DNA of 64,000 nucleotides, from the NCBI GenBank assembly GCA_964631145.1, contig CAZVXT010000002.1, forward strand, positions 65,140-129,139, written 5' to 3'. The position numbers were made by a program, and so were the translations under genes. This document shows, one piece after another, positions 18,021 to 28,117 of the stretch (position 1 is its first letter; the number at the start of each line of letters is the position of its first letter). The notes under the pieces were generated by a model, which made no database searches, was not told the origin of the DNA, and saw only the letters and a list, made by a program, of their open reading frames with translations. This DNA comes from an uncultured Candidatus Saccharibacteria bacterium (GTDB taxonomy: Bacteria > Patescibacteriota > Doudnabacteria > UBA920).

Positions 18021-18286
18021 CTGGCGGAACGTGAAGGGCTAGAAATTGTAACCATGAAGCGCGAAAGCCATTCCGCGAAAGAGACAGGACAAAGACCAGT
18101 GTTCAACGAAATTATTGAGGAGCTAAGGCATGGTAAATATAACGGCATTCTGACATGGGCACCTGATCGTATATCAAGAAACGCTGGTGACCTTGGAAAA
18201 TCGTAGACCTAATGGATGCTGGAAAACTTCATGAAATACGAACTTTCGGGCAAAAGTTCGGCAATAATCCGAACGAGAAATTTCTC
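18021..18286 (+). pseudogene. serine recombinase fragment (second paralogue; not in ORF track)
   Basis: LAEREGLEIVTMKRESHSAKETGQRPVFNEIIEELRHGKYNGILTWAPDRISRNAGDLGK/fs/IVDLMD..NPNEKFL; lacks the catalytic N-terminus. Confidence 0.85.
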
Positions 18287-18293
18287 GTTCGGA
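18268..18293. repeat. perfect 26-bp palindrome joining two recombinase stubs
   Basis: TCCGAACGAGAAA|TTTCTCGTTCGGA. Confidence 0.95.
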
Positions 18294-18694
18294 GAATTAC
18301 TAAACTTTTGATTGTAGGTTCGTATCTCAACAAGTAAATGGTTTTCCATAAGGTCAACCAACACACCGAGGTCGCCCGCGTTTCTACTTAAGCGATCTGG
18401 ATTCCATGTGAGAATCGCATTGTATTTACCAGCTCTTAATTCTTCAATCATTTGATTAAAGACAGGTCGTTGTCCAGAATTTTTTGCAGAGTGAGCTTCT
18501 TTTCGCACTGTGGCGATATGGAGGTTATCTCGTTCTGCTATTTGCTTCATTTCTTTAAGCTGTGAATCAATAGACAAAGCTTGTCTTTCTTCATCTTCCA
18601 TTGATTTACGAGCATACAAACAGTATCTAATATCGGGAAGGGGTTTATTTGGTAAGGTCGCCTTTCCCTCAGACCTTTTATTTATATTATTCAT
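18275..18694 (-). pseudogene. truncated serine recombinase (catalytic N-terminal domain only)
   Basis: YCLYARKS, SIDSQ, RPVFNQM, DRLSRN motifs; homology stops at PNEKFL. Confidence 0.88.
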
Positions 18695-18806
18695 ATACTC
18701 AAACTCTCATTGAAAAGAAAGTTTGAGTCAAACAAAAAAGAACGATCGAGTCGTTCTTTTTTGTCTAAACCCTAGCTTTGTGGGTCACAAAACTAACAGG
18801 TTTTCC

Positions 18807-18900
<94 letters not shown>

Positions 18901-18990
18901 TAAATACTTATATATTTTAGCCGTTATTTTGAGTAAGGTCAATAACTCTTATAAATAGGTGGGAGTGTGTTTATTTAGAGCTCTGACAAA

Positions 18991-19680
18991 TTAATCTTGG
19001 GCAAGAGCAAGACACCAGACCCTCTTTACGCCTGATTGCTTAAGTATTTTTGTGCATTCTAAAAGTGTGCTGCCTGTTGTGATAACATCATCTATCAATA
19101 GGACAAATGAAGGCATGTTGTATTTGGGATTAATAGTAAATGAATTTAAAAGATTGTTTAATCTTTCAGCTTTGCTGAGATCTTTTTGTGATCTCGACTG
19201 CCTCTTTTTAATTAGCAATTCTAAATTATAAAGCTTGAAAAATTTAGATATTGCTTGGCTTATAATAGTACTTTGATTAAATCCTCTAGATTTTAAACTT
19301 CCCTTGGTCATAGGGATGGGGCAAATTGTAAGATGGGGGAGGCTTAGGGTTTTTAGCCGCATTAGAGTAAGTTCGATAAACACATCTTTTAGGTATCTGA
19401 ACTTGGCTCCATTAATTGCTGCTTTAATAATACTATCTTTGTAGGAATAAATAGTAATTAAGCGTTCAGGTGATTGAGATGATTTGCAAGTTTGGTGCGT
19501 GTAACCATCAATGCTTAGTTTGCTACATATTATACATTTTTGTTGAGGTTGTGGTTCAATTGTGTTAATACAATCTTTACAAAAATATAAATCTATAATT
19601 CCACAGCCAAAACAATATTTAGGGAAAATTAAATTTTTAACATAATCTATTGCTTTCATTCTTGTATTGTAAGCGATCAA
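18991..19680 (-). CDS. comF: ComF family protein (zinc ribbon + phosphoribosyltransferase)
   Basis: FP..CFGC..CKDC, RGFNQS, LLIDDVITTGSTL. Confidence 0.9.
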   Translation of the reverse strand: MIAYNTRMKAIDYVKNLIFPKYCFGCGIIDLYFCKDCINTIEPQPQQKCIICSKLSIDGYTHQTCKSSQSPERLITIYSYKDSIIKAAINGAKFRYLKDVFIELTLMRLKTLSLPHLTICPIPMTKGSLKSRGFNQSTIISQAISKFFKLYNLELLIKKRQSRSQKDLSKAERLNNLLNSFTINPKYNMPSFVLLIDDVITTGSTLLECTKILKQSGVKRVWCLALAQD

Positions 19681-19755
19681 TATTCAAGTATTTTTAAAGT
19701 CTGGATAACAAAAAAGACGTTATTAACAAACATCTTTTTTATCAAACTAATTTCT

Positions 19756-22296
19756 TTATGCTACAGCTACTGTATTGGTCTTATTCTGGGTAATTGTTAG
19801 GGTGATTTGATTATTATTTACACCAAGCAAAATTTGAGAATTTTTTGTCATATTCTCACTGAGAATTTTTTCTGCTAATGGATCGCTAATCAAATCTTGA
19901 ATATTTTTTCGGATAAATCTTGCTCCTTGCATTGGGTCAAAACTTTTTTCTGTTATAAATTTTACAACAGCGGCAGTATATTTAAGATTGATATTTTGCA
20001 AGGCTAATCTTTTTTGCAAGTCAGATAATTGCAAGCTGGTGATTTTCTTAAGTTCTATGCTTGATAGTGGTTTAAAGATAATAATTTTATCTATACGGTT
20101 GAGAAATTCCGGACGCAAATCTCTCTTAAGTAAATCCATAACACCAGTTTTGATGCGCTCGTATTCTTTTTCTATTTTATGCTTTTCTAGTACTGTTTCG
20201 CTACTATCAGAAAAACCAATTTTGTTAGCTTGGGCATTAAGTTCTTGCATGCCCAAGTTAGATGTCATTATGATTACTGTGTTAGCAAAGTTTACTTTTT
20301 TGCCTTGCGCATCAGTTAATTGACCGTCTTCTAAAACTTGTAGAAGAATATTGAATACTTCAGGATGTGCTTTTTCGATTTCATCGAATAAAACGACCGC
20401 ATAAGGTTTGCGTCTTACAGCTTCGGTTAGCCTGCCGCCTTCTTCATAGCCGATATATCCTGCAGGGGCTCCAATTAATCGCGAAACATTGTGACGCTCC
20501 ATAAATTCTGACATATCTACGCGTATTAATGCATCACTGTCTCCAAATATTTCTTTAGCTATGGTTTTTGCAGTTTCTGTTTTACCTACACCTGTAGGTC
20601 CTAGAAACATAAACGAACCTAATGGTCTATTTGGATCAGATATTCCAGCTCTGCTTCTACGGATGGTTTTTGCTATTTCTGATACCGCCTCGTCTTGTCC
20701 TACGATTCGAGATTGTAAGACCTTTTCTAAATTAGATAGTTTGCCTATTTCTCCCGCAGTTAATCTTTGCAAAGGAATTTTAGTCATTATAGAAACTGTG
20801 TTAGCAATGTCATCAGCAGTAATAGAGTATACTGGACCTTTGTCTTTATTGTCTAAATTTTCTAATTCTTGTTTTTGAGATCGTAATTTTTCTTCTTGGG
20901 TGCGCAAATGTAATGCTGTAGTAAAGTCTTGAGATAATACGGCTTTGGCTTTTGCTTCTTCTAAAGCCTCTAGTTCTGATTCTACTTTACGTTTATTTTT
21001 AGCTAATTTGGAATTGCTATGGATGCTACGCAAAAAGGCTGCGGTTTCGTCTACCAAATCCACTGCTTTGTCAGGTAAAAAGTGATCTTGAATGTATCTA
21101 TCAGAAAGATCCACCGCTGCTTTAATTGCTTCGTCAGTGATTTTAACATTATGATGTTTTTCATAGTTTGGACGGATACCTTTAAGAATAGCAATGGATT
21201 CTTCTTTACTTGGTTCCTCGATTAAAATAGATTGAAAGCGACGTTCTAGAGCTGCATCGTGCTCTATGTGCTTTTTGTATTCTGCAAGAGTAGTTGCTCC
21301 AATCGTGCGAAGTTCTCCTCGTGCTAAAGCTGGCTTTAAGATATTAGCTGCATCTAAACTACCGGTGGTGGCACCTGCTCCAACCATTGTATGTAACTCG
21401 TCGATAAATAATATTACATTAGGGTTATTTTTGATTTCATCAATTATTTGCTTTAGACGGTTTTCAAATTCTCCGCGAAACATAGATCCTGCAACTACTA
21501 AAGCCAAATCTAGAGCCAAGATTTTCTTATCTAATAAATTGTCTGGAACATCACGGTTTGATATTGCTAAAGCTAATCCTTCAACAATTGCGGTTTTACC
21601 CACGCCTGCCTCACCAATTAGTACTGGATTGTTTTTTGTTCTACGACCTAAGATGCTAATCAAACGTTCAATTTCTTTTTTTCTACCGATTACGGGATCG
21701 ATTTTGCCATCTGCAGCTTTTTTGGTTAGGTCAGTTGTGTAATATTCTAAAGCTTGTCCCTTGCGGTTTTCTTGTATACCAGGATGCGCATGTCCTTCCA
21801 TACCAGAAGACATTGATCCTTCGTTAGGCATCTCTGGGAACTTAGAAATATTTTCGAATACAGCCATGAGGTTGTGTTCTATTTCGCTAATTTCGACACC
21901 AAGCTTGGATAAGATAATTCTAGCTTTATTATGATTTGTTGTTATTAAGCCATGAAGAAAATGTTCGGTGCCAATAAATTGATAGCCGTATTGGCTAGCA
22001 GTGATGGCTGACTTTTCTATTGCCGCTTTTAGATTTTCTGATAAAACTGGTTTCCAAGAATCAATCTCACTATTCTTATTTACTAAAATAGTTTCTGACT
22101 TGATTATTTCAGGGGAGAGGCGAGACTTAATAAGAATTTCTGCTGCAAATGAAGATTTTTCTGCTACAACACCAAAAAGCAAATGTTCTGTTCCGATATG
22201 GTCATGGTGAAGTTCTTCAGAAAGCATTTGCGCTGCAATAAGAGCATTTTTTGCTCTACTTGATAAACGTTCTAAAATAAATGCAAAGTTATTCAT
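19756..22296 (-). CDS. clpC: ATP-dependent Clp protease ATP-binding subunit ClpC
   Basis: Two Clp-N repeats, two AAA modules (GEAGVGKT, GPTGVGKT), short UVR-type middle domain. Confidence 0.93.
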   Translation of the reverse strand: MNNFAFILERLSSRAKNALIAAQMLSEELHHDHIGTEHLLFGVVAEKSSFAAEILIKSRLSPEIIKSETILVNKNSEIDSWKPVLSENLKAAIEKSAITASQYGYQFIGTEHFLHGLITTNHNKARIILSKLGVEISEIEHNLMAVFENISKFPEMPNEGSMSSGMEGHAHPGIQENRKGQALEYYTTDLTKKAADGKIDPVIGRKKEIERLISILGRRTKNNPVLIGEAGVGKTAIVEGLALAISNRDVPDNLLDKKILALDLALVVAGSMFRGEFENRLKQIIDEIKNNPNVILFIDELHTMVGAGATTGSLDAANILKPALARGELRTIGATTLAEYKKHIEHDAALERRFQSILIEEPSKEESIAILKGIRPNYEKHHNVKITDEAIKAAVDLSDRYIQDHFLPDKAVDLVDETAAFLRSIHSNSKLAKNKRKVESELEALEEAKAKAVLSQDFTTALHLRTQEEKLRSQKQELENLDNKDKGPVYSITADDIANTVSIMTKIPLQRLTAGEIGKLSNLEKVLQSRIVGQDEAVSEIAKTIRRSRAGISDPNRPLGSFMFLGPTGVGKTETAKTIAKEIFGDSDALIRVDMSEFMERHNVSRLIGAPAGYIGYEEGGRLTEAVRRKPYAVVLFDEIEKAHPEVFNILLQVLEDGQLTDAQGKKVNFANTVIIMTSNLGMQELNAQANKIGFSDSSETVLEKHKIEKEYERIKTGVMDLLKRDLRPEFLNRIDKIIIFKPLSSIELKKITSLQLSDLQKRLALQNINLKYTAAVVKFITEKSFDPMQGARFIRKNIQDLISDPLAEKILSENMTKNSQILLGVNNNQITLTITQNKTNTVAVA

Positions 22297-22419
22297 ATGT
22301 ATATTTGTGTATTAATTCAAAATCGCTCGTGTTACCTGTAGTGTATATCTAATTAAACGATCTAACTTCGGTTTTGTAACACTTTGAATTTGAAATTTTT
22401 GCTTATGCAAAGTTGTCAA

Positions 22420-22446
22420 TTAGCACTCTAATAACTAGACTGCTAA
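22420..22446. promoter_or_regulatory. CIRCE (HrcA operator) upstream of clpC
   Basis: TTAGCACTC-N9-GACTGCTAA, one mismatch to consensus TTAGCACTC-N9-GAGTGCTAA. Confidence 0.85.
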
Positions 22447-22575
22447 TTTATTTATAAACCAATTCAGAGCTTATGTCAAGATCTAAACGCTATAAACAGA
22501 TTTTTTATTTAACCGATTATGCTAATCTTTATATAGTACTTCTATTGTAGCATTTTTAGTTAAACTTTTAATAAA

Positions 22576-23058
22576 ATGTTTAAGAAATCCAAACCGCTAA
22601 AAGATCCAACAGATTATGATCATGCATATAATTATGCTTTATTTTTGTTAAATTTAAGTATGCGAACTACCGGAGAAATAAAAGATAAAATGCGTAAGAG
22701 AGGTTATATAGATTCTGTTATAAATAAAGTTTTGACAGTCTTAGAAGAGAGCAAATATGTTGATGATAATTATTATGCTGAAGTTTTTATTAATAATGCT
22801 AAAAGTTTTAAAAATTGGGGAAAATATAATATTAGGCAAAAAATGTTTGAGAAGAAATTACCAGTAGAATTGATTGAGCAACAATTGTCTCAATTTTTAT
22901 CAGAAAATGATGAAATCGAAATTGCTACAAAATATGTAACTAAGAATTTTGGCAGCCTCGAAGATGTTAAAAACTTAGAATATAAAGATAAGCAAAAAAT
23001 TTATAACCGTTTATCGGCAAGAGGTTTTGGGTTAGATATCATAAAGCAGATAATTTAA
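22576..23058 (+). CDS. recX: regulatory protein RecX
   Basis: A..LL..S.RT..EI..KM..RG, YVDD..YA, G...IRQKM..K, L.ARGF. Confidence 0.85.
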   Translation: MFKKSKPLKDPTDYDHAYNYALFLLNLSMRTTGEIKDKMRKRGYIDSVINKVLTVLEESKYVDDNYYAEVFINNAKSFKNWGKYNIRQKMFEKKLPVELIEQQLSQFLSENDEIEIATKYVTKNFGSLEDVKNLEYKDKQKIYNRLSARGFGLDIIKQII

Positions 23059-23079
23059 AAAAGATAACACATCAGCGTG

Positions 23080-23355
23080 TTATCTTTTCATTATAAATAT
23101 TATCAATACGAGTAACTTAAATAAATTAAATTGATATTGTTGAATCTTTAATCCTCCCATAAATTTAGTTTTGCACAAATTTACCTTATTTTTTAAGTTA
23201 TCTATCTGTTCTGTTGTAACACTAGGTTGATTTTCATAAAAAGTAACTTCTTTTCGTAATTCAGAAATTTCTTGGTTTAACAATATTAAATTTAATTTTA
23301 AAGCCATCGATGTTTGAATGATTTTTAGCATTATTAAATAGTATATTCTAAACAT
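23080..23355 (-). CDS. hypothetical protein
   Basis: ATG 23355 preceded by AGGAGG. Confidence 0.5.
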   Translation of the reverse strand: MFRIYYLIMLKIIQTSMALKLNLILLNQEISELRKEVTFYENQPSVTTEQIDNLKNKVNLCKTKFMGGLKIQQYQFNLFKLLVLIIFIMKR

Positions 23356-23418
23356 TTTTCCTCCTAAATTATTTTTTATTTTCTCACGCGTGTAATAAAA
23401 AAGCAAGATAGTGCTTGC

Positions 23419-23730
23419 TTAGTTTATACTATCAAAATGCTCTATTGTATCTGTTGTTCTATCGTTTTTATATATAAATATGGCATCTAAAGCTTTATTT
23501 AAATTTCTGCGCTCTGGTTCTGTGTCTGTTGAAAAATCCTTAGGGTCTCCAGCTAGCAAAGGTTCTAATATGGCATCTAGCTGCTCTTCGATTTTATCCA
23601 ATTCGGACAGTGAATATTTTTCATTTTCTACATCTTGCACAAATTGGTTTAGCTTTTGTTCGTCCATGTGCCAGTTTTCTGTAAAAAAGTCTTCATTAGC
23701 TTCTGGGTTATATTTTTGATATTCGCTCAT
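23419..23730 (-). CDS. hypothetical acidic protein
   Basis: 103-aa ORF directly downstream of htpX on the same strand. Confidence 0.6.
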   Translation of the reverse strand: MSEYQKYNPEANEDFFTENWHMDEQKLNQFVQDVENEKYSLSELDKIEEQLDAILEPLLAGDPKDFSTDTEPERRNLNKALDAIFIYKNDRTTDTIEHFDSIN

Positions 23731-23734
23731 ATTT

Positions 23735-24643
23735 TTATAGGTTCATTTCTCTTAGACGTTTAATCCTATCCTCAATAGGCGGGTGGGTATTAAATAAATT
23801 TGCTAGCCAGCTAGTTGATTGCTTTCCTTCTGTATCTTTAAAAGGATTTGCAATATATAGATGCGCAGTAGCTTTATTTGCAGCTTCTAGTGGTTCCCGG
23901 TCGTTAGAAATTTTTTCTAATGCAGATGCTAGTCCTTCTGGGTAGCGAGTAAGTAGGGCTCCAGAAGCATCAGCAAGATATTCTCGTTTTCTGCTCACTG
24001 CAAGTTTTATTAAGGTTGCAATAATAGGAGAGAGTATTGCTAGGGCTATGCCCAAGATGAAGAAAATTGGATTACCTCCATTATTATCATTATTTTTACG
24101 ACCTCCTCCAAAGAAAGAAAATCTAAGCATCCAATCTGCGAGTAAAGTAACTGTTCCTACCAAAACTACAACTAAGGACATAAAACGGATATCATAATTT
24201 CCGATGTGTGAAAGCTCGTGAGCTAACACTCCTTCCATTTCGGTTTTGTTAAGTCTCGCGAGTATGCCAGTTGTTACACACACAACTGCATTTTTAGGAT
24301 TTCTTCCTGTGGCAAATGCATTCATTGCACTATCTTCTATAATATAAACTTTAGGCATTGGTAGTCCAGCCGTGATAGTTAGGTTTTCTACTAATCTGTA
24401 AAGTTCTGGATGTGACTTTAGGTCTATTTCTTTTGCACCAGACATCGCTAAAGTGATTTTGTCAGAAAAGAAATAGGATATTAATGCAGATATGCTACTA
24501 AATATAACAGCTATAAATAGCATTTCTGGTGTCTGATAAATTTGCGATAAAACAAATCCAATTGCGATAATAAATATCAAAAAGCCAAACACTAAAAGTG
24601 CCGAATAAGCTTTATTTTTTGATATTTCGGTATAGGTAAGCAT
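23735..24643 (-). CDS. htpX: M48 zinc metalloprotease HtpX
   Basis: NAFATG, HELSH, SRKREYLADA, THPPIEDRI. Confidence 0.93.
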   Translation of the reverse strand: MLTYTEISKNKAYSALLVFGFLIFIIAIGFVLSQIYQTPEMLFIAVIFSSISALISYFFSDKITLAMSGAKEIDLKSHPELYRLVENLTITAGLPMPKVYIIEDSAMNAFATGRNPKNAVVCVTTGILARLNKTEMEGVLAHELSHIGNYDIRFMSLVVVLVGTVTLLADWMLRFSFFGGGRKNNDNNGGNPIFFILGIALAILSPIIATLIKLAVSRKREYLADASGALLTRYPEGLASALEKISNDREPLEAANKATAHLYIANPFKDTEGKQSTSWLANLFNTHPPIEDRIKRLREMNL

Positions 24644-24664
24644 TAATAGTAGGAATGATTTTGG

Positions 24665-25216
24665 TTAAAACTTTACTTCAACATTTTGGCTTTCTGGACC
24701 ATTGTCATCAATATCAAACAATGCTTTTTTGGTAAAACCTAACATTGAAGCAAATAAGTTAGTAGGGAAAACTTCAATTTTGGTATTAAAGTCGCGCACA
24801 TTGCCATTATAAAATCGTCGTGCTGCTTGAATTTTGTTTTCTGTATCTGCTAAGTCATTTTGCAATTGCAAAAAGTTAGTGTTTGATTTTAGATCAGGAT
24901 AGTTTTCTGATACAGCAAACAAAGTTTTTAAAGTACCAGATAAAGCATTTTCATCTTGTTGTTTTTCCTGAATGGTTTGCGCGCCCATTGCATTGGTGCG
25001 AGCTTCGGTAACTTTTTGAAGTACAGAAGATTCTTGTGTTGCAAAACCTTTTACTGTATTTACTAAGTTTGGAATCAAGTCATAACGACGCTTAAGCTGA
25101 ACTTCAATATCACTCCAAGCTTCTTCAACTTGATTCTTTGATTTGATTAAAGAGTTGTATACGCCAATTACCGCAAGGGCGATAACTACAACAATGGCAA
25201 TAAAAATCCATGGCAT
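24665..25216 (-). CDS. lemA: LemA family protein
   Basis: AWSDIEVQLKRRYDLIPNLV, ENYPDLKSN, ARRFYN. Confidence 0.95.
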   Translation of the reverse strand: MPWIFIAIVVVIALAVIGVYNSLIKSKNQVEEAWSDIEVQLKRRYDLIPNLVNTVKGFATQESSVLQKVTEARTNAMGAQTIQEKQQDENALSGTLKTLFAVSENYPDLKSNTNFLQLQNDLADTENKIQAARRFYNGNVRDFNTKIEVFPTNLFASMLGFTKKALFDIDDNGPESQNVEVKF

Positions 25217-25305
25217 AAAATTTTGTCTATAATTTAATAATGCTAAACTTGTATATATATTAGCTCAAAAATATAAATTTGGCTACTTAATGTGGATAAT
25301 CTAAT

Positions 25306-25334
25306 TTGACATATTTTTTAGCAAACAATATAAT
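25306..25334 (+). promoter_or_regulatory. consensus sigma-70 promoter
   Basis: TTGACA-N17-TATAAT exact match. Confidence 0.8.
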
Positions 25335-25461
25335 TTATTTAACTTATGAGAACTAACTGGTATCAAATTCGTATTTTGTGCACCAAGGCCATTTTTATGG
25401 TCATTTTGCCTTTGCGACTTGAAGCAGTTAGAGCTTAAGAAGTTTTTAATAAAAACATTTC

Positions 25462-25506
25462 AAACTCACTGCCACTAGTCCAAAAGGCTAATCAGTGAGT
25501 TTTTTT
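25462..25506 (+). terminator. intrinsic terminator or attenuator
   Basis: AAACTCACTG...CAGTGAGTTT followed by T-run. Confidence 0.65.
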
Positions 25507-25542
25507 GTTTCAATAAATAAAATAAATGGAGGATTGAAGTTT

Positions 25543-25980
25543 ATGACAGAATATTTTTATTATTGGGGCAGGGAAATCCCGGTAAATTCTAGCGATCATT
25601 ATTTACGAACAAAAGCATTAGAAATATCCGTAGATAAAAAGATGGATGAGTATGAGGTCTTTGAGCAATTAGTTTCTTTGCGAAATAAACATCAACAAGC
25701 AAATTCACAAAATTCTAAACCGTTTTTTAGAACACATAAATGCTTTATGGAATATTGCGAGATGTGTGGAAAATTTGAAGTAGATGAACATGTTGCCTGC
25801 GAAATAGATGAAACTTCTTTTGGCGGAGACATAGTGCAAAAGATGCTAAAAAAGACTACATCAGATAATGATTCAGTAGAGGTAAAAGAAGAAAAATTCC
25901 CTGCTTTTGCGGCTCCGCCAGAATTTTTTACTGGCAAGAATTTGTCCCATGAATTTGAGGAAGGATATGCTATTTCATGA
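25543..25980 (+). CDS. hypothetical protein with Cys/His cluster
   Basis: GGAGG RBS before ATG 25543; HKC...CEMC...HVAC. Confidence 0.55.
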   Translation: MTEYFYYWGREIPVNSSDHYLRTKALEISVDKKMDEYEVFEQLVSLRNKHQQANSQNSKPFFRTHKCFMEYCEMCGKFEVDEHVACEIDETSFGGDIVQKMLKKTTSDNDSVEVKEEKFPAFAAPPEFFTGKNLSHEFEEGYAIS

Positions 25981-26062
25981 ATTAAACTTCTTATATATTT
26001 ATGTGGCTTTAGGATAACTAAAGCCGCTTTTCTTTTTGTTCAGTTTTAATTATAATATCTAT

Positions 26063-26347
26063 ATGTTAACTACTGATGAAGTAAAAAAAGTTGCCACTTT
26101 AGCACGAATTGAGCTAAGAGAAGGTGAAGTGGAAAAATACCAAAAAGAGCTTTCTTCTATAATAGATTATGTAGAGCAGCTTAAAGAAGTAGATACTGAA
26201 GGTTTAGAAATCGTTTCTTCGGTAACCGGTCTTAGTAATGTTACTCGTCCAGATAAGCCAGTTTTGATTAAGTATCAAGAAGATATTTTGAACAATGCGC
26301 CGGCTACTAAGGACGGATATTACAAAGTAAAAAGCATTTTGAATTAA
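26063..26347 (+). CDS. gatC: Asp/Glu-tRNA amidotransferase subunit C
   Basis: VKKVATLARI, EVDTEG, NAP...GYYKV; upstream of gatA. Confidence 0.92.
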   Translation: MLTTDEVKKVATLARIELREGEVEKYQKELSSIIDYVEQLKEVDTEGLEIVSSVTGLSNVTRPDKPVLIKYQEDILNNAPATKDGYYKVKSILN

Positions 26348-26491
26348 GCCTAAAATTTAGACTATTTCTGCGTCAAAATTTCCGTACTCCCTTCATCGTA
26401 CGTTTATTATGGTTCGCTCGTTGCTCAATTTTTACTTGAACTAGACTAAATTTAAGATTTAATTTATTTATCTTGAGAGAATAATTTATCC

Positions 26492-26575
26492 AACTTCTTC
26501 GTTAAAATGCTCCGGTAAATTTTCACCGTAACAATTATTACGGCTCAAATTATCCTCACATTTTGCCTCAAATTT
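26492..26575 (+). repeat. dispersed intergenic repeat, copy A
   Basis: Matches 36811-36893 with 6 substitutions and 1 indel over 84 nt. Confidence 0.9.
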
Positions 26576-26638
26576 GAATAAATTCTTCTACTCAGTTTAT
26601 AATCGCAGTACATAGAAATTATTTTTGAAACTATATTA

Positions 26639-28117
26639 ATGGAATTTGAAAAATTATCTTTAAAAGAACTTAGAAGTTTATTAGATCAAAAAAAAGTCAC
26701 TTCGGTAGAATTAACGAAGTATTTTTTGGATCGCATAAAATCACAAAATCCAGAGCTTAATGCATTTATCACGGTTACTGAAGAGGAAGCTTTAAGGCAG
26801 GCGCGTGAGGCAGACGAATTTATAGCTGGTGAAGGTGATAATTTTGCTTTAACAGGAATTCCTTTTGCGGCTAAAGATTTATTTTTGACTAAAGGAATTT
26901 TAACAACTGCTGCATCAAAAATTTTAAGTAATTATATTCCTCCATATGACGCCATAGTTATAGCAAAGCTAAAAGAACAAAAGGCTGTATTGCTTGGTAA
27001 AACAAATATGGATCAATTTGCTCATGGTAGTAGCGGCGAGACTTCTTTTTATGGTGCGGCAAAAAATCCTTGGGATATAACTCGAATGCCTGGAGGGTCT
27101 TCTAGTGGATCTGCTTCAGCTGTTGCGGCAAGTATTACTCCTTGGGCTCTTGCTACCGAAACAGGTGGAAGCATTCGTCAGCCTGCATCTCTTACTGGAA
27201 TAAGCGGTTGGAAGCCGACTTATGGGCGAGTCTCTCGTTATGGAGTTGCAGCCATGGCATCTAGTCTAGATAGTATGGGCGCAATGGCTTGGAGCGTTGA
27301 AGATTTGGCTATCATTGCTGGTGTTATTTCTGGGAAAGATTCCAAGGATGGAACTACTGGGACAGAAGAAGTGCCGGATTATTATGCAAATTTAAAGTCT
27401 GACATCAAAGGATTAAAGGTTGGCGTACCAAAAGAATATTTTATTGAAGGTATGCAACCAGAAGTGCGCAGTGCTGTAGAAGCTGCTATTGAAGAGTTCA
27501 AAAAGGCTGGTGCAGAAATTGTTGAAGTTAGTTTGCCAAACACTAAATACGGATCATTGGTTTATGCAATAGTTTGCCCTTCAGAAGTTTCTTCTAACCT
27601 GGCTAGATATGATGGTATTCGTTATGGTCACTCTACTGTAGAGGGTGACAATCTTTTGGATATTTATATGAAGAGCCGTGCTGAAGGTTTTGGCGATGAA
27701 GCAAAGCGCCGTATTATGACCGGTACTTATGTTTTGTCTGCTGGGTATTATGATGCTTATTACAAAAAGGCTCAACGCGTCCGTCGTTTGATAATGAATG
27801 AATTTGAAGAAGTGTTTAAGCAAGTGGATATTTTACTTGCACCATCTAGCCCCAATGTCGCACTTCCTTTAGGAAAAGCTGCTGACGATCCATTATTTGG
27901 TTACATTGCAGATCAGTTAAATATTCCAGGGTCTCTTGCTGGGCTTCCAGCGCTTTCTGTACCATGTGGTTTTGCTAAATCTGAAGATGGTAAAGTTGAT
28001 TTACCTGTTGGCTTACAGATTATTGGCGCGCAGTGGCAAGACCAAAAAGTTTTTAATGCAGGGTTTGCATATCAACAATTAACTAATTGGCACACTCAGC
28101 GCCCAGGAGTTAAATAA
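26639..28117 (+). CDS. gatA: Asp/Glu-tRNA amidotransferase subunit A
   Basis: Amidase signature GGSSSGSA, TGGSIRQPA, SNLARYDG. Confidence 0.97.
   Translation: MEFEKLSLKELRSLLDQKKVTSVELTKYFLDRIKSQNPELNAFITVTEEEALRQAREADEFIAGEGDNFALTGIPFAAKDLFLTKGILTTAASKILSNYIPPYDAIVIAKLKEQKAVLLGKTNMDQFAHGSSGETSFYGAAKNPWDITRMPGGSSSGSASAVAASITPWALATETGGSIRQPASLTGISGWKPTYGRVSRYGVAAMASSLDSMGAMAWSVEDLAIIAGVISGKDSKDGTTGTEEVPDYYANLKSDIKGLKVGVPKEYFIEGMQPEVRSAVEAAIEEFKKAGAEIVEVSLPNTKYGSLVYAIVCPSEVSSNLARYDGIRYGHSTVEGDNLLDIYMKSRAEGFGDEAKRRIMTGTYVLSAGYYDAYYKKAQRVRRLIMNEFEEVFKQVDILLAPSSPNVALPLGKAADDPLFGYIADQLNIPGSLAGLPALSVPCGFAKSEDGKVDLPVGLQIIGAQWQDQKVFNAGFAYQQLTNWHTQRPGVK

Noticed and set aside
18209-18274. C-terminal tail of the 161-aa recombinase ORF (VRIIAELLPESS..)
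   Set aside because: Read-through past the palindrome into the antisense of the other recombinase stub
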